This document shows, piece by piece, positions 26,461 to 40,444 of a DNA stretch of 64,000 bases. Every line of letters begins with the position of its first letter. Position 1 is the first letter of the stretch. Below the pieces are notes generated by a model, which saw only the letters and a list, made by a program, of their open reading frames with translations, was not told the origin of the DNA and made no database searches. Source of the stretch: Raillietiella orientalis (lineage: Eukaryota); contig JAYWIR010000008.1 in NCBI GenBank assembly GCA_036172245.1, positions 744,001 through 808,000 on the forward strand, in the 5' to 3' direction. The translations under genes were made by a program, and so were the position numbers.

Positions 26461-29400
26461 GCGGACGGGTGGTGATCCGAATGTGAGTCCCGTTGTGCTG
26501 GTAGTCGGGTTTCGCGGGAAAGGAGGGAAAGCAGGAGAGGAAAACTGCCACAGCCTTCGTTCATGGTGCTTGGAAACGTTTGCATTGAGCAAATTTGCAT
26601 GCTTTCGTTACATTTTTATTTTTTCCCTCTAGCTTTCATGAAAGTGATGTTATTTCTTTTCTTTTCTTTTCTTTTTCTAAAGAAAAATAAAAATAAAAAA
26701 GGCACGCCATGAACTTTGTAAGTGTCTCACTAGCCACATGGAAACCAAGCGATGCAACCAGATCCCAAGCAACGATGCACCATTAGAACCCAAGCACGAT
26801 GAGCTCCACATCAATTCGAAAGTGTGGTAACCCATAGAATCGTCTGAAGCAAAACGTAGGTGGAACACCGCGGTGAACTCCATTAGACACGAATCAAAAT
26901 GACCTCCCATTGGTGTCCGAGGACAGTTTCATTGGTTTCCAGCGGTTTGAGTGATTTCCTTCGAATTTCTTCAGAGAATTTCTTCCCTCCCCCCCCCCCC
27001 TCCCTCCCTCCTTCCTCCACGTTTGAAGCACCGGCTGAATCAAGTCGTCTCCACTTTCGGTCCAGATTGTGACACTCATTCAAAAACTGCCGTATTCCGA
27101 TCCACAGTTTTGGCATGGCGGGAACGAATGAGCTTACAAACTGAAATGCACATCTCCCAAGCCCAAACACCAAATGTCTTCGGCACAATCCGAGAACCGA
27201 GCAGCACTACTTAAAAACAGTCTGAATTCGCACATAGTGGAAATACATATTGGGGGCATCGCGTCGCACTAAAGTTCCTTTCAATAAGGTGATTAAGAAA
27301 TCACGTGCTGAAAATAAAAACAAATGAAGGCACGAACTCCATGTATTATAAACTGACATTTTCATAAAATCGATTGGCAATGTTAATGAATGTTTTGGAA
27401 TGGTTTTGAGGAGTGAACACTCTTCCAGTTCCGTCCTTTTTTTCCCAAGGAGTGCTCAGATTCCATTAAATGCCTTTTTCCAACACTGAGTAATCACAGG
27501 AAATCAGAAAATGGCAACGATAACGAGGTTAATACGAATGCCCTCGAGTTCATTTGAATACATGTTATTGAATCTCTTGCGTGACAAGAATATCATCCTT
27601 TTTATTGCGATTTATCTCAAAATGAATAATAACTGTAATGCAAACACAACCTTCATAAGCTATCTCTTATTTAGATAACAAGGTCATGGCAATTTCATCT
27701 CTCCTAATGACAAGTTACAATTCCTTAAAGAAACCATTATAATCACTTTTTGTATTTGGGAGGTTTCAGCTCCACATATACACCTCAATTTTCAGGTGAC
27801 AGTCATAATAATCTCAGCAATTCTGAGAAAACCTTCAAGAAATGAGTCGGAGGGAGCAGAAATAAGTCGCTTGCCGCTCCCGAGCTGTTATCAGTTGCAC
27901 AGCATCCACTACGCGACCGGCTGAGTTCAACTGTGATCTCCTGTTATCTCGTGCCCGTGGGACGCAGCGAGGACATCTGGGAGTCGGCTCCTTCCTAGGT
28001 ATTCTTTGTGCGACCCACTCCGGTGGTCCTACTTCTTCGGGAAACGCCGCATCCAATGATCTTTTTCTGCTTGGCACGTTGATCGGGAGAATCCGGTCGC
28101 GCTTGGCATGAAATTTCTCACATTTTTCGAGTTTTCCGGATCGTCTTCCGGTCATTCCTCGCAGTCCCCTCCCCCCTCCCTCCAAAAAACAAAAAAAATC
28201 AAGAAGATTCTGCACTGAGCGAGGTGCCTCTTCCAGCACAACTCTTGCGTATTTGTACGCAAGAGAAATCAACTTACACGTACACTTATTGATGTAAACG
28301 TCTAGGTTGCGGACTCTTGCACGTCCCTACCGTCGTCACTGTTGCTTGCATCGGGAACCGGGGAAACCCCTTTGCAGAGAAAATCCGCCACTACGAAGGC
28401 GCCAAAGCGCTCTGGTCCTCCGATTGGGGATCGTGAAGACGCCAGGAGATTCGGGGGAAACCGAAGTGGCCCGCGCGATGTTTGTGTTCTCTCGCCAAGA
28501 GGGATACTTCACTTGCCTCCCTCGGTTTCTCCTCTCGTTTGTCTCTTGTTTCCCTCGCTGCGAAGACGAAGCATCCCCGATCCAAAGACGGTCGACCCTC
28601 AACAGGTGGCGCTCTGGCAAGCAGAGCAGGTACAGGCTCCCATAACGCATCTCAGGTGACATTTCCTCCCTGCCAACGGTCGGATGCAGTGGGGGGAAGG
28701 GGGCCTTTCGGGTAAGCTGCAAACACTCCGGGAATACTGAAGAAGGCGGGGTGGGCGTTTGCCACATCACAGCATCAGGGGTTCTCGTGAAGAAACGCGC
28801 CAAATAGGGCGGCGGACGACGAACGCTTGGGAGCTGATTAATCAAAGGAGAAGTCTAGGCCTGCCCGAAGAGGCCGATGGCTTCGTCGTTTACAGTTGCT
28901 TCGAGCTGCCGGCGTCCCCGGATCCGGCGGTCCAGGGTTCATCGTAAAGGACGCCGTCGTCGAGTCCGGTGGGGAAAGAGGCGGCCGAAGGCACCGCCAA
29001 CGGCCGAAGATTCGGAAGGGATTCTCTCCGCGCGCGGAGCGACCGACCAAAGGCGAAGCGCAAACCGAGCAGTGACGTCAGAAGCAGCGGCACCAGGCAG
29101 GCACCCTGGCGAACGTGCACGTTCGGAAGAGGAGTGCCCAGGAACGCGCTGGCTGGCAAAAGGCTCCGCGCACCTTCGGCGGAAAGCGGGGATCCCCTCA
29201 AGCCTCAGGCACCATCCTAGGCAGCGCGGCATGGACACCTCTTACCGCAAAACACCCGGGTCGAGGGAAGTCTGGCTCCTGCACTGCGCTTGGTGTCAAC
29301 GGCGAACACCTTCGGTTCTCAGGCTGATGCAGGTTCGACATGCACTCCTGGTTGTTCGAGTATCGCCCGCTAGGGGCGACGCTGGCCGCTTGTGCAGAAG

Positions 29401-32400
29401 GTGCAGAGTAATAGAAGAATCGCTACCGGTTCCATCTTCAACATATTCGTCGTCGACCGGACCGTGCCCGTGGGGAGGCGGGGCGGATCTTCCGGGGTTG
29501 CTGCAATCCAGACCGCTCCAGGAACGGATTCGAAGCTAGGGCCGGACCTCTTGTCCCCAGGTGAAGGGAAGGTGGTTGTGCTGGGCGTGGCTCGCCATCA
29601 CGAGCATCCATCGACGGCGCTGGAAGGAAAGCGAGTGCGCTGTCTTTCCGCTTCGCCCCGGAGTATTGCTGCTGCCGGGAGGACAATCGCGATGGTGGGA
29701 TCCCTGAGATCTTGGGGTCCGGGAGGCGATGAGGCGCTGGGAGAACCGAGAATTCCCAGGAAGCAGGTGGAGTGCATCGGAGAGGAAGCGGTAATCTCGG
29801 ATATCTTAATCGCGGAATGTGTGCTGGAAGCACCGGGCGGGTGTCACCTTCCGTAAAGGAAGAACGTTTGAAAATCACAGGAAGAGTCGGTGAGAAGAGA
29901 CAGGCGAAGTTACCCCTTCATCTGTTTATGTCCCCCCTCTTCGCATTCTTTCGTGTACCAAATCTGAATAAACAGCTGCAACTCGAAATGTTCCTCCGAA
30001 GCTTTTGTCGGCCTTCGTTTTAAAGGTGGCTTCCATTTTCTTATTCTATACCGTCCGGAGCTGACTGCCGCTATTTTCCAAGATTTCGAACAGGCTTTCC
30101 GGTGTGTCTCAGTTTGCCTCATTCTCCTTGGAAAAATTTTCGTAGTTACATTCAGGGTAATCACGATCCTCTGTTTCTAGGAGTTCTACGATAGTCTCTA
30201 CCACTCTCGTTGCGAGCTGCGATTTTCTGTTTCACTTCATCTGTTAACTCTCTTCCTTATTACGGAACAAATTCCTTGCTGAGGAGAAACTTTCGCTCCC
30301 TTTTTGCAAGCAAACGTTCTTAAATTGCGAAACAAAACGCTGCGTGCAAACCACCGAATACCAAATAAGGAAAAACTGCTCCTCAAAAGCTTCAAACCAC
30401 CAAGGAGCCAAGATAAAGAAAAATTCAAGAACTGGGTCAAAGATAGTTCCATAAAAACTGTGCTACTGAGATTGGAAATTAACTGGGAAAAGAGCGACAC
30501 ATCTGCGGATGCAGATAGATGAAACGAGACTCGGCAACCGCACAGCAATGATAAAAAGTCCAATAGTTTGGACAGCTGAAAACTGACTCAGTATCCACAG
30601 CAACAGTATGCTCCCGTCACTTTCGCTGAGTGCAGATAAGAAGAAATTGAAAAGAACTAGAAATCAACATAACTACTGGAATTAAGATGTAAAGGTGGAA
30701 CTGTTTAATGGAGAAGAATTTTGCCAATCTGTCGAAGTAAGCAAAAGCACTTATTATCGGAGGGTAGCTTATCTCACAGACAAATAGATAAATTTTTCAC
30801 TCAGGACATGTTTTTGTTAGCCCAGCAAAAAACAAGTGCGTTACATTATTCATTGATTGTTATTTAACCGAACATATTTATATCCCATAATGACTAAATT
30901 GTATTTTAACATGTCAAATCAAGACACCAATGAATAAAACAAAATATCTCAAGATCAAAGATGAGTAATCCCTGATAATTTAAGTGAACAAAAGTTAGCC
31001 ACATGAAGATTCCCAACTCCAGCTCGCTTATTCTTCGTGTCGCATGGTATTTGAAAAGACTCTATTCAATAAAATAAAACTGCCGTGTGCTCTCGAAAAT
31101 AGAAAATCCCCAAAGGAGGCACGAAAACAAAGACAGAAAGCACACCTGTGAAGGTATGTCCGCTTCTAAGGATTTCCGAAAACGCGACCTGAAATTCCAC
31201 AAAACGAAAATCATGAGGACAGACCAAGAAAGATTGCCACTTGTTCTGTCCAATTATTTGCGAGACTAGCAATGTGTGCGACAAGGAATAAAATCAAGTT
31301 GCCATCACCAAAGGAAATCATTTTCATATTCATGAGACAAGAGGGTGCCGGCATGGGATGCTGGATGATGCTAGGAAACCATTGGTGTCGGGCAACAGTG
31401 CTCCAACGTTAAAAACCGGAACAGCAGAATAAAACACCAACAACTCGATATGGTGATTCCAAAACATTGCTACCGTGGAAGATGCTTTAGAAGGATGGAA
31501 GGACATTTTGTGCTCAGAAAGGCAAAGATAAAATATGCACCTCCAAAGGAAAAAATAAAGAAATCTAAAGAGTGGTGGTCTTTGCATGAATGGGGACTTT
31601 GGCCTGTGACTGATGTAAACAAATAAAAAATAAAAAAAAGGAGTAAAATTTGGTAATTGATGTGAGTGATCCTTGGCTGATCGCCTTGAAAATATTCGCC
31701 CAAAAAGATGTTCCTAAGACTAAGTTTTTCCTTGGCTCAGTTTCCATTTGACTTGTACAAAAATTCATGAGCATACAGCATGATGGCCGTTAACCACTCT
31801 GGCATGCCATGTACTCAGATGGCCGTAAACGTGTGCCCGCAAAACCCATGCAAAAATGCCGCTTTGTACAAGGCGTAGCCGCTTTGTACCGTGTACACCT
31901 CGAGTGTATGTGTGAATCATATACGTAGTAAACGACAGGCATGTACGTGTGGGAACGAAGGAAGGGTGAATTGTTTCCGTAAGGCGTATTTAATGAAATC
32001 TTGTGGAAGAAGCAGAAAATCCCGAGGAACGGCTCTAATATTTTGGTGTTTACCGTCCTTCTAGAAATGGCTATTTCTTTGATGGCTGAAACAAGGGAAG
32101 TAATACTTTGGCAGCATGGCGTACTGTACATGAGCGTACAGAAAAAAAATATTGAATTTGTGTATGAATTTTGTGAGGGTGCAGAGTTCCATGTTGGAAC
32201 CAAAATATGTCGGTCATAACTGCACCCTAAATTTTTGTAATTTACAGCATATAGATACGATCAACATGTGAAGTTAACTATAGGCCATGATTTTTTTTTT
32301 TAGACCGATATGAAATTTATATGATGTTTATCTTCCCGCAAGACAGTTATAACTATTTAGTGTTATTATCGTACTCCCAGTGATATGCATTTAGCAGAAG

Positions 32401-32425
32401 TAATCAGTTAATTGATAAACCTAAA

Positions 32426-35400
32426 ATGAATTCATCTATATATGCCTTAGAAAAATATAACATATGCTTACATCCCATAACATGCCATGCTTGGAATAAA
32501 AACAGAGATCGTAAGTGAATATATGAAATTAGATGTATTATATTGAGTTTAAAACACTTTGATGAACATGCTCTTATTTATTCTCAATCAGTGTTCACGG
32601 TTACCATTTTGACATATAGAACATCCATTATTATCAAAATTTAAAGAAAAGCCATAATTTTGTTACTAAATAAGCACCTGTCCTCATGATTACTTATGGG
32701 TTTGCATTTTAATACACACAATGCATGTTCATAAATAAAGATTATTTTCCTTTCAATTGAATGTGAGTATACCGAGAATTGCTTACCTGGTTGGAGATGT
32801 ATGGAATAATTATTCGTGTTGTAATATCTCTTTGAGGTATTTTATTCTGTGAATGGTTTGGTATGTTTATGGAATAGTTATGCAACTAATGGGTCTGTTT
32901 GAGTCTTTAGACTTTACTAGTGCTGATAATCGCATTTTATTTCTATAATGTTGCCAAACACTTAAAACTACAATGCCCTTGAAATTCATAGTCTTATTAA
33001 CAATAGTATCCACAGAATTATGAAGAACTTTAATGTGGGAATTTTATGAAATACTTCCAAAATGATTTGTAAACCAAAATATGGAGTAATCTGCGTGACT
33101 CAGAGTGAGCATGTACTTAATCTTATCCAAGTGTATTTCAGTGGAATTTTGGAAAAACTTAAATTTTTGATAAGTTTATTCAGGTTAAGGTTATAAAGGA
33201 ACAAAGGAGTGTTGGGTGAAACAAGAATTTATTGGGTTGAAATAAATTTTTAATTTGGATACATTCAGGTGAAAAACAAGACTTTAAGGAAGAATACCTG
33301 CATATGTAAAGTACAAGGGTAATTTTTGTAGGTGGATCATAAGCATAGATATAGGTCTACACACATTATGCAGAAATTGTTAACACTGTGTGTATTTAGA
33401 TTTTTTAATTTTTTTAAATTTTGAATTTTTTAAATGAAGTTTTTCAATTTCATATTACACAATTTCATTTAAGGAATTTAATTATTGATAATGAGGTTTT
33501 TTGTTTATAACCATCAGCAATGTTTTTTTTTTTTTTTTTTCTGATTCAGAAATTGCACTGTCTCCCAATAACAATGAAGTTCATATTTACAAAAAGGATG
33601 AAAAAGAATGGTTGCTGTATGACATTTTGTCAAAGCATGATCGGCTAGTTACTGGTATTGATTGGAGTCCGTTATCAAATCGTATTGTCAGTTGTGGACA
33701 AGTAAGTACATTAAAGAAGTCTAGAGTATCCTCTATGTAATGATAATACGAGGTAAAGTCTATGTGTAAAGAATTTTTTAATAGTGGATGGTTGTTTTGT
33801 GGATATTCAATCTGTAGTTCCATCTCTTGTTTTTCTTTGTACTTTATACAGTTCCATGGTGCACTTATTCTTTATATGGAGATGCATCTGTTAAGGAAAT
33901 GTCGGATGATCTTATGTTTTTTTTGAGTCTGTACACCATCCAAGTGGATGATGGAAGTGATTAATTTTCATTGATGGGGTCTGTAAAAATCTGCTTGCAC
34001 TGACAAGGAAATCAGCATGTTTAGAAATTGCAAACTAAATTTAATTGGAAGGATCTTGAGAAATAGTTGCAAGAAATATTTTCCTTTTGTTCTATTCTGT
34101 TTTTCTATATTCCAAATTTTTTTTTTTTTCTTCTACTCTTTACGCTGATCACTATGAATTTTTATGGCTGTTTGTTTATATGCATCTTCAGCTTTTTAAG
34201 TAATTAACTCATTTCATCGCATTTTCCATTTTTAATATTCCTATGCAGCCTATTATTTTCTTGATCATTGCAGATTCTCTGTGTACCGAAACTAGGGAAT
34301 GGAATTCAGAAAACTGCTTGTGCATGTCAGGATATATTGTCCATTGTCCACTGGACTCGTTACACATCAGAACTGAATGATTCAGTGGTTCATATGTGCA
34401 ATATTCTTGGTGATATTCAACATCAAACTTTTTTTCTCAGTCTTTAATTTCATCTTTGTCTTTTTCAGAAAATAGTTCCCATCTTTGTAATTATGCTTAT
34501 GATCTTACTCATAGATTTTTATTTGTAAAGATTATGTTAACTATTAAGTTTAAGTTAACTTAATTAAGTTAACTATTTACTATTACGTCATGGTCTGCAC
34601 ATTTGACATTTGCTGGATACAGAAATTGGGACAGAATGGTTGCATTCTTAAAATTGATTCCATTATGTAATTATGCTTTCTAGCAAAGAGAAAATCAATA
34701 CTGCAGATGTTCATTTTGATCTGTGTGCAACTTTTTGCTCCAAAGAGCTTGTATGCATGACCTCCACATGAAGAGTTATTTGTTTACATGGTTTTCAAAT
34801 ATCTGCTTGTAAATCTCTTTAATGCGAGCAACAGAAAGTTTGTGTTTGCATAAGTGTGAAATGGCAAACTGATGTAAAAAGAAGTAATGTGTATAAATAC
34901 GTAACTAATAAAATGAAAAGACGATATTGTTATCTTTATAATTGCCTCTGTGGAGATGCAATCAAAATAATAAAATCTTTATTCAGAGTATCAACTTGAA
35001 AACTTTGGGTACTGATTAATAAGCTAATTTTTCGATGAAAGTAAAATAGATGAATATGAGAAGGTCATGATTACTTTTATTATTTTGTTGCAGATTCACC
35101 GATCAATAATTTACACATTTTGTATTAGAAGTGGTAATACTAATGTTAATCCCAACACAAAACAAGTATCATCATTAAGCAAAAGAAAAATTTAATTGGT
35201 AGGAAATTAATTGTATTAGAACCAGAATTCCTCTTTTAAAGGTTTACATTTATCAATCAGCATTCTATATGCATATAGAATGAAAATGATTTAATTGTTT
35301 ATGAGTGGTTTTCAATTTTTACTGATTGCATCTAATTTGGAAATGGAAAACCCCTCTACCATTAGAAAGGATAGTTATTTATAATAATGGTTTTCAATTT

Positions 35401-38400
35401 TTACTGATTACGGGTTTTCAATGTGTTTTTACATTCTTTAATAGAGGCATGATTGTTTTTAGTGGAGAGTGTATATCCATTTTAATGTATTCTTGGAAAT
35501 CATATCAAGTAATGTGAACACTCAGGTATTGAATTTGGCGATGACAAAATAAAATACCGTAAAAATCATTCAGTAGTAGTTCTATCAGTGGTGTACCAAT
35601 TTTAATATTGTGATCTTCTGGACTGAGAGGAAAAAAATTTTCAAGTACGGTTTATTTAAAGAATAAAGCAAGTAGCTTTAGTGTCGTTTTTCATAAAAAT
35701 AACAAGGACAAGGACAGCAAATTTTCGGCAAAGTGGAATGAAAAACTGAGTTTTAAATTATTTGATAGCTGGAAAGTTAAGCTCACACGAGAGGATAGCA
35801 GCTCAGAAGTATCCTGAAAGAAAAATAATTCCTAAATCACAAAGTCTTAGAAGCAAAAATTAAATAGTTTGAAAGCCAAAAGTTTGGAAATTAAAGTTGT
35901 TTCGGATACTTGAATCAGAATGTATAGTATGCATTGAAAATTAAAATAAAAAACAAAAACACTGCATTATGTAAAAAGTTTTTTAAATTTTTTTTTTTTT
36001 TCACATGGAAAGTTCTTCATGAACGAAAAGGCCGAACAACAGCACGTGACTTTCATAAGAATTTATTGCAAAATGCAAGTTGATGGAATTTAGTCAAAGT
36101 ATAAATGGGATTGGAGGCAGTATAACAAAGTACTTGAAATTCTGATTGTGAAAAGCTGAAGTAAACAAAATTAGCCAATACTGAAGCTAGCATTATTAAT
36201 GATGCTATCGTGAGATCACATTGAAAAAAGACCAACCTTGCTGAATCAAGAACTTGTTGATCCATAATGCCCCACGGTGTTCCTGTCGTATGCCCATTCA
36301 GTTTTTGGTGGATTGGCAGCAACTCTTTAAATATCCCTGCACGAAGGCATTGCACTGAATAGCAAGGCACGTGCTCTGCTTCTCTCTCCTGTCTCATACT
36401 TGGAAATTGCACACCAAGTTTTCCCGAATACTGCATGTATCTGCAGCGGGTACGTCACTGTCATGGCTGGGAAGAACCAAATGTGCGTAACAGGAAGAGA
36501 AATGAAGATTGCTGCTTTCGAAAATCGGAGGAGTTCTTCCTCCCAACTTCAGGTTTTCGAGGAGAACCGTTTGAACCGTAATGCAGACGCACGAAAGCAC
36601 GTGGCAGTTACTTCGAAGGTGAAACGGCAGTTACTTCTTCACTCATACGTCCATGAAAGTGCCAAACGAAGCAGATCGAACCGTTTACCGGTTCCAACCC
36701 AAATTTTTACTGATTACAAACTTGCAGACCTCCGGGACCTGAATATCAACCAAAGAATTGCCTCCCCAACTCGAATCGCGCTCTTGCAGCCATCAAGCAA
36801 GCGATTGGAATCCTGCATAACTAGTAGTACCAGTTAATGCATACTATATGTATAATGTATATAATGTATTTTTAATCCCTGAAGTTTTGTTGCTGCAAGC
36901 ATGGAGCATAATTGTGTTCAATGGGGACAGCAGACCTGCCCTGCCCTTTATCAGTTGGGTGAAGACGAGTAAAGTATCTCAAATAGCTGGGATTTTTGAA
37001 GCTACATAGGAACAACTTGCAAATGATTGGCCATAGAATAATGCCATGGTGTGCTGAAAGCTCCTAAGCAGCCTTTTCACCGTACTATCGATTTGTACAT
37101 ATGCGATATTTTTGCTGTACTTACTACCCATTGGTATTTTGATGAAGCATAGGTCCTCAATCCCTCATCAAAGGCCAAACCCTGCCACTACTAACTCATA
37201 CTACTTAGGAGGACTAGTTGATATGATAAGTGTGTTTCAAACGAGGTCTCTAAACCGTGGGACCAAATGACCGCCACCCCAACAGATTTCTGTCGCACGC
37301 TTGACCAGCGGATGGTGCTGCAGTCATCACTTTTCTCATTGATTGGAAAGCTCTGATATCGAGTGCGAACTGTTGTGTATTCAATTACCTGTTTTCCCCA
37401 TCCGGATGAAAAGTAGCCTTCTGTAGGAAGGCAGGCCGAGTGTACCGTTCGGAGCCCAATTTCTGCGTGGGTCGCACTGCCGGGCACGGTCGTTAACACG
37501 CGCGCACACTGCATGGAGGTCGTCAAAAGTGCCAGCTGAAATCAGATCCAACTTCTATGAGCGGAGGATGCAGGAGTAGATTGTGTTTGGATACAGGGAA
37601 AGGCCTTTTGAGCAGTTTTAGGAAGTGCCGTGTCCGCTTCAAAATTTTATCCTTTATCATTATGAATAACAAAAGTATAGAACATGTAAGGCATTCGTTT
37701 CTCGGTTTTGCAGCGACCGGATGGGTGCACCGTTAGAGTTGGCCTCAGCGATTGTAAAAAAAAAAAAAAAAAGTGGGGGGGGGGGGGGAGGAATGGACTC
37801 CTTACTGTGGGAGTCATTACTGCGACAAGGCAATCATCGCGAGAAAATTGTACGGAATTGCAAACCGTGGTTGTCATCGCTTGGCAGAAGGTGGCGATGG
37901 TCAGTGGCCAGGTGTCAAAATTTGGCGAAACCTGGAGGAGAAACTGGAGAACACGAGTTTTTGGAACGCCTTCTACTTCCTGGAGCCATTTGCCATTCCC
38001 TGTCGTGCAGAAATGCCGACCCAATGGTGATGGCTGCACAGCGAAGCAGCACCGACTCCCCCGGGTGGAACCGAGCAATAGGTGGTGGTAGGATGTGAAA
38101 GGGACCCTTGATACGTTGAAAGTAGGATTAGTTTGCACTTCCAAAGTATCCGTAAAGAGAGAAGTGTTGCAGCGTTTAGAAGTGGTAACCTGTGAACTGG
38201 ACAGAGGTCACTCGGTTGCCCCTTGTGTTTCGATAGGCGGGAGGCGATCGAATAAGAAATCTGCCGAGATGTGGTTTTGGGCCTCAGCAGTCATTTGTCC
38301 CTCGACTGCAGTGGCCAAAAGGAATGAATAGACGAAACCATCGTTTCAAGCTTCATACATTCGCCTTCCGACGATTTGTACGTGGCGTACTACTTAATCG

Positions 38401-40361
38401 TATTTGGTGGCATCCGATTTTTTTTTTTTTTCTTTCAATCGAACTTGGTTCTCGGAAACCAAAAACTTCGAGCCGGACGCCGACAGCAGGAGAGAATATG
38501 GAGTTCCTGTCTGGATATGATTGCATGGTGGAGAATTGCCTTAATGTCCTTGAATTCGGAATGGAAACACATATGGTTGAACTCTGTGTTATAGGGCCGC
38601 TTTGCAGAGTAGCCCCCAAAGAAACCGAATCTCCCCTCCTCCCGATGCAGTTAGCATTTTAAGCTGCATCTAAATGAGAAATCCAGTTTACGAATGTTTT
38701 CCGGAGAACATTTCGGACCGAGATGTAGTAACGCGTGCTATTTCCGGGATCGAATATAGAAGTCATTCGGGATGGCAGGCAGCATTTGAAAGGTAAACAA
38801 AGAAAAGTCGGGGAGTGACACTTATGTTTCAGTATACACGTGGTGATGTGCACGCGAGTATACGGGTGGGGTATGTGTGGGTGCGCGTGTGTGTATATGT
38901 ATACATATTGAAATGAATTCCTCTCCACCGCACGTTTATCCGATGTGTCCCAGGAATTGAGAAAACATGTTCGAGGTTAATAGTAGTAGTGTCTATCATT
39001 TACAATGATTGCTAATCGTGCATCGGTTAACATATCTGTGCCCAGAAGACCCAAACAGTGGGCAGCATTGGTATACCGGCAGCTAACATGCTTACGATTG
39101 TGGATCCCCGTACTTACATGAACACACGTACAAATGTTCGCGCATGCATGTGTATATAGGCATCTGTGAATGTACCGAAGGAAAGTGTTCACGTTGCTTG
39201 CAGACACTTGCAGTATTTTTACTTGCATCAGCGATGAAATTGACATTTCATTTAAGGATCAAGATGCTTATGTGTGGAACCAGGACGAAAATAAAAAATG
39301 GAAACCGACCCTGGTGCTTTTGCGGATGAGCAGGGCAGCAGTTTGCGTCAAGTGGTCACCATTAGGTGAGGTTGTTGTGTTTTCCATTTCCATACAAATC
39401 CCGGATTAGAAAACAAGTTTGCTGTCGGCTCGGCAGCGAAGCTCATTGCTATATGCTATTTCGAGAAAGCGAATGACTGGTGGGTATCCAAGCATGTAAG
39501 GAAACCACTTGTTTCAACAGTAACAACGTTGGACTGGCATCCTAACAACGTGCTTTTGGCTGCTGGTTCCACAGATTTCAAGGTGCGATCTCAAGTCCTA
39601 CAGTACTATAATTTATCAGGCATTTTTCAGGTGCGTGTGTTTTCTGCCTATATCAAAGAGATAGAAGAAAGACCTGCAGCAACTGTATGGGGACAAAAAA
39701 TGCCTCTGGCGCAACTTATGGCCGTATTTCCAAACTCCCAAGGAGGAGGTAGGGCTCAAAAATGGCAATAAAAAAAAACTCTTATCCTGGCATAGGTGGA
39801 TGGGTGCACTGTGTCAGCTTCTCAGCTGATGGACAAAAACTGTGTTGGGTAGGCCATGATTCCACCATTAGTGTGGCAGATGCTACTGTGCAGCCACCTG
39901 TAGTAACTACTTACCGCAGCAGCATGTTACTCTTTGCAACCTGCACCTGGATCTCAGATCATGATTTAGTAGCTGCTGGCTATGGCTTTTGCCCAGTTGT
40001 CTTCCGAATTGATTCAAGCAATAAACCTGTGATGTGTTTTGTGTTGGGTGCAAATGAGAAACAAGAAACCAGCACCATGAATGCAATGCAGAAATTTCAA
40101 AGTTTGGACAGACAAGCCTGCAGTGAGGACAGTGTCCCCAGCCTTCCCTCCATACACCAGAATGCCATCACTCATCTGTCAATATATTCTGGTACAAAAC
40201 AGCATGCAACCAAGTTTTGCACCACTGGTATGGATGGCCAAATGATTATTTGGCATATCAAGGTAGGAAGACTGTGCATGCACACCCTTTTAATCCCGTT
40301 TCTTTTGCATCAGGATCTGGAAAACGCTTTCAAGTGTAACAGTCAGGTGATTACGTGCTAA
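32426..40361 (+). CDS. ARPC1: Actin-related protein 2/3 complex subunit 1 (p41-ARC / Sop2-like WD40 protein), 7 coding exons, 383 aa
   Basis: Manual join(32426..32510,33550..33701,39257..39365,39410..39582,39631..39748,39796..40262,40314..40361) = 1152 nt, all introns GT-AG and phase-compatible. The translation has ARPC1 hallmarks: [150 protein letters not shown]. Confidence 0.96.
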
Positions 40362-40366
40362 CAAAA

Positions 40367-40381
40367 AATAAAATTAATAAA
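40367..40381 (+). terminator. Tandem AATAAA polyadenylation signals of ARPC1
   Basis: AATAAA at 40367-40372 and 40376-40381, starting 6 and 15 nt after the ARPC1 TAA. Confidence 0.65.
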
Positions 40382-40407
40382 AGTCTATATTTAGTGGGAG
40401 GTTCATA

Positions 40408-40413
40408 TTTATT
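40408..40413 (-). terminator. AATAAA polyadenylation signal of Ars2
   Basis: TTTATT on + (AATAAA on -), ~30 nt downstream of the distal Ars2 TGA at 40445. Confidence 0.6.
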
Positions 40414-40444
40414 TAAAACGATTGGACAACAAAGTACTTTCAGG

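Noticed and set aside
36145..36225. Two partial matches to bantam (ATTGTGAAAGCTGA; TGAGATCAC)
   Set aside because: Neither is a full mature sequence and no fold-back is evident.
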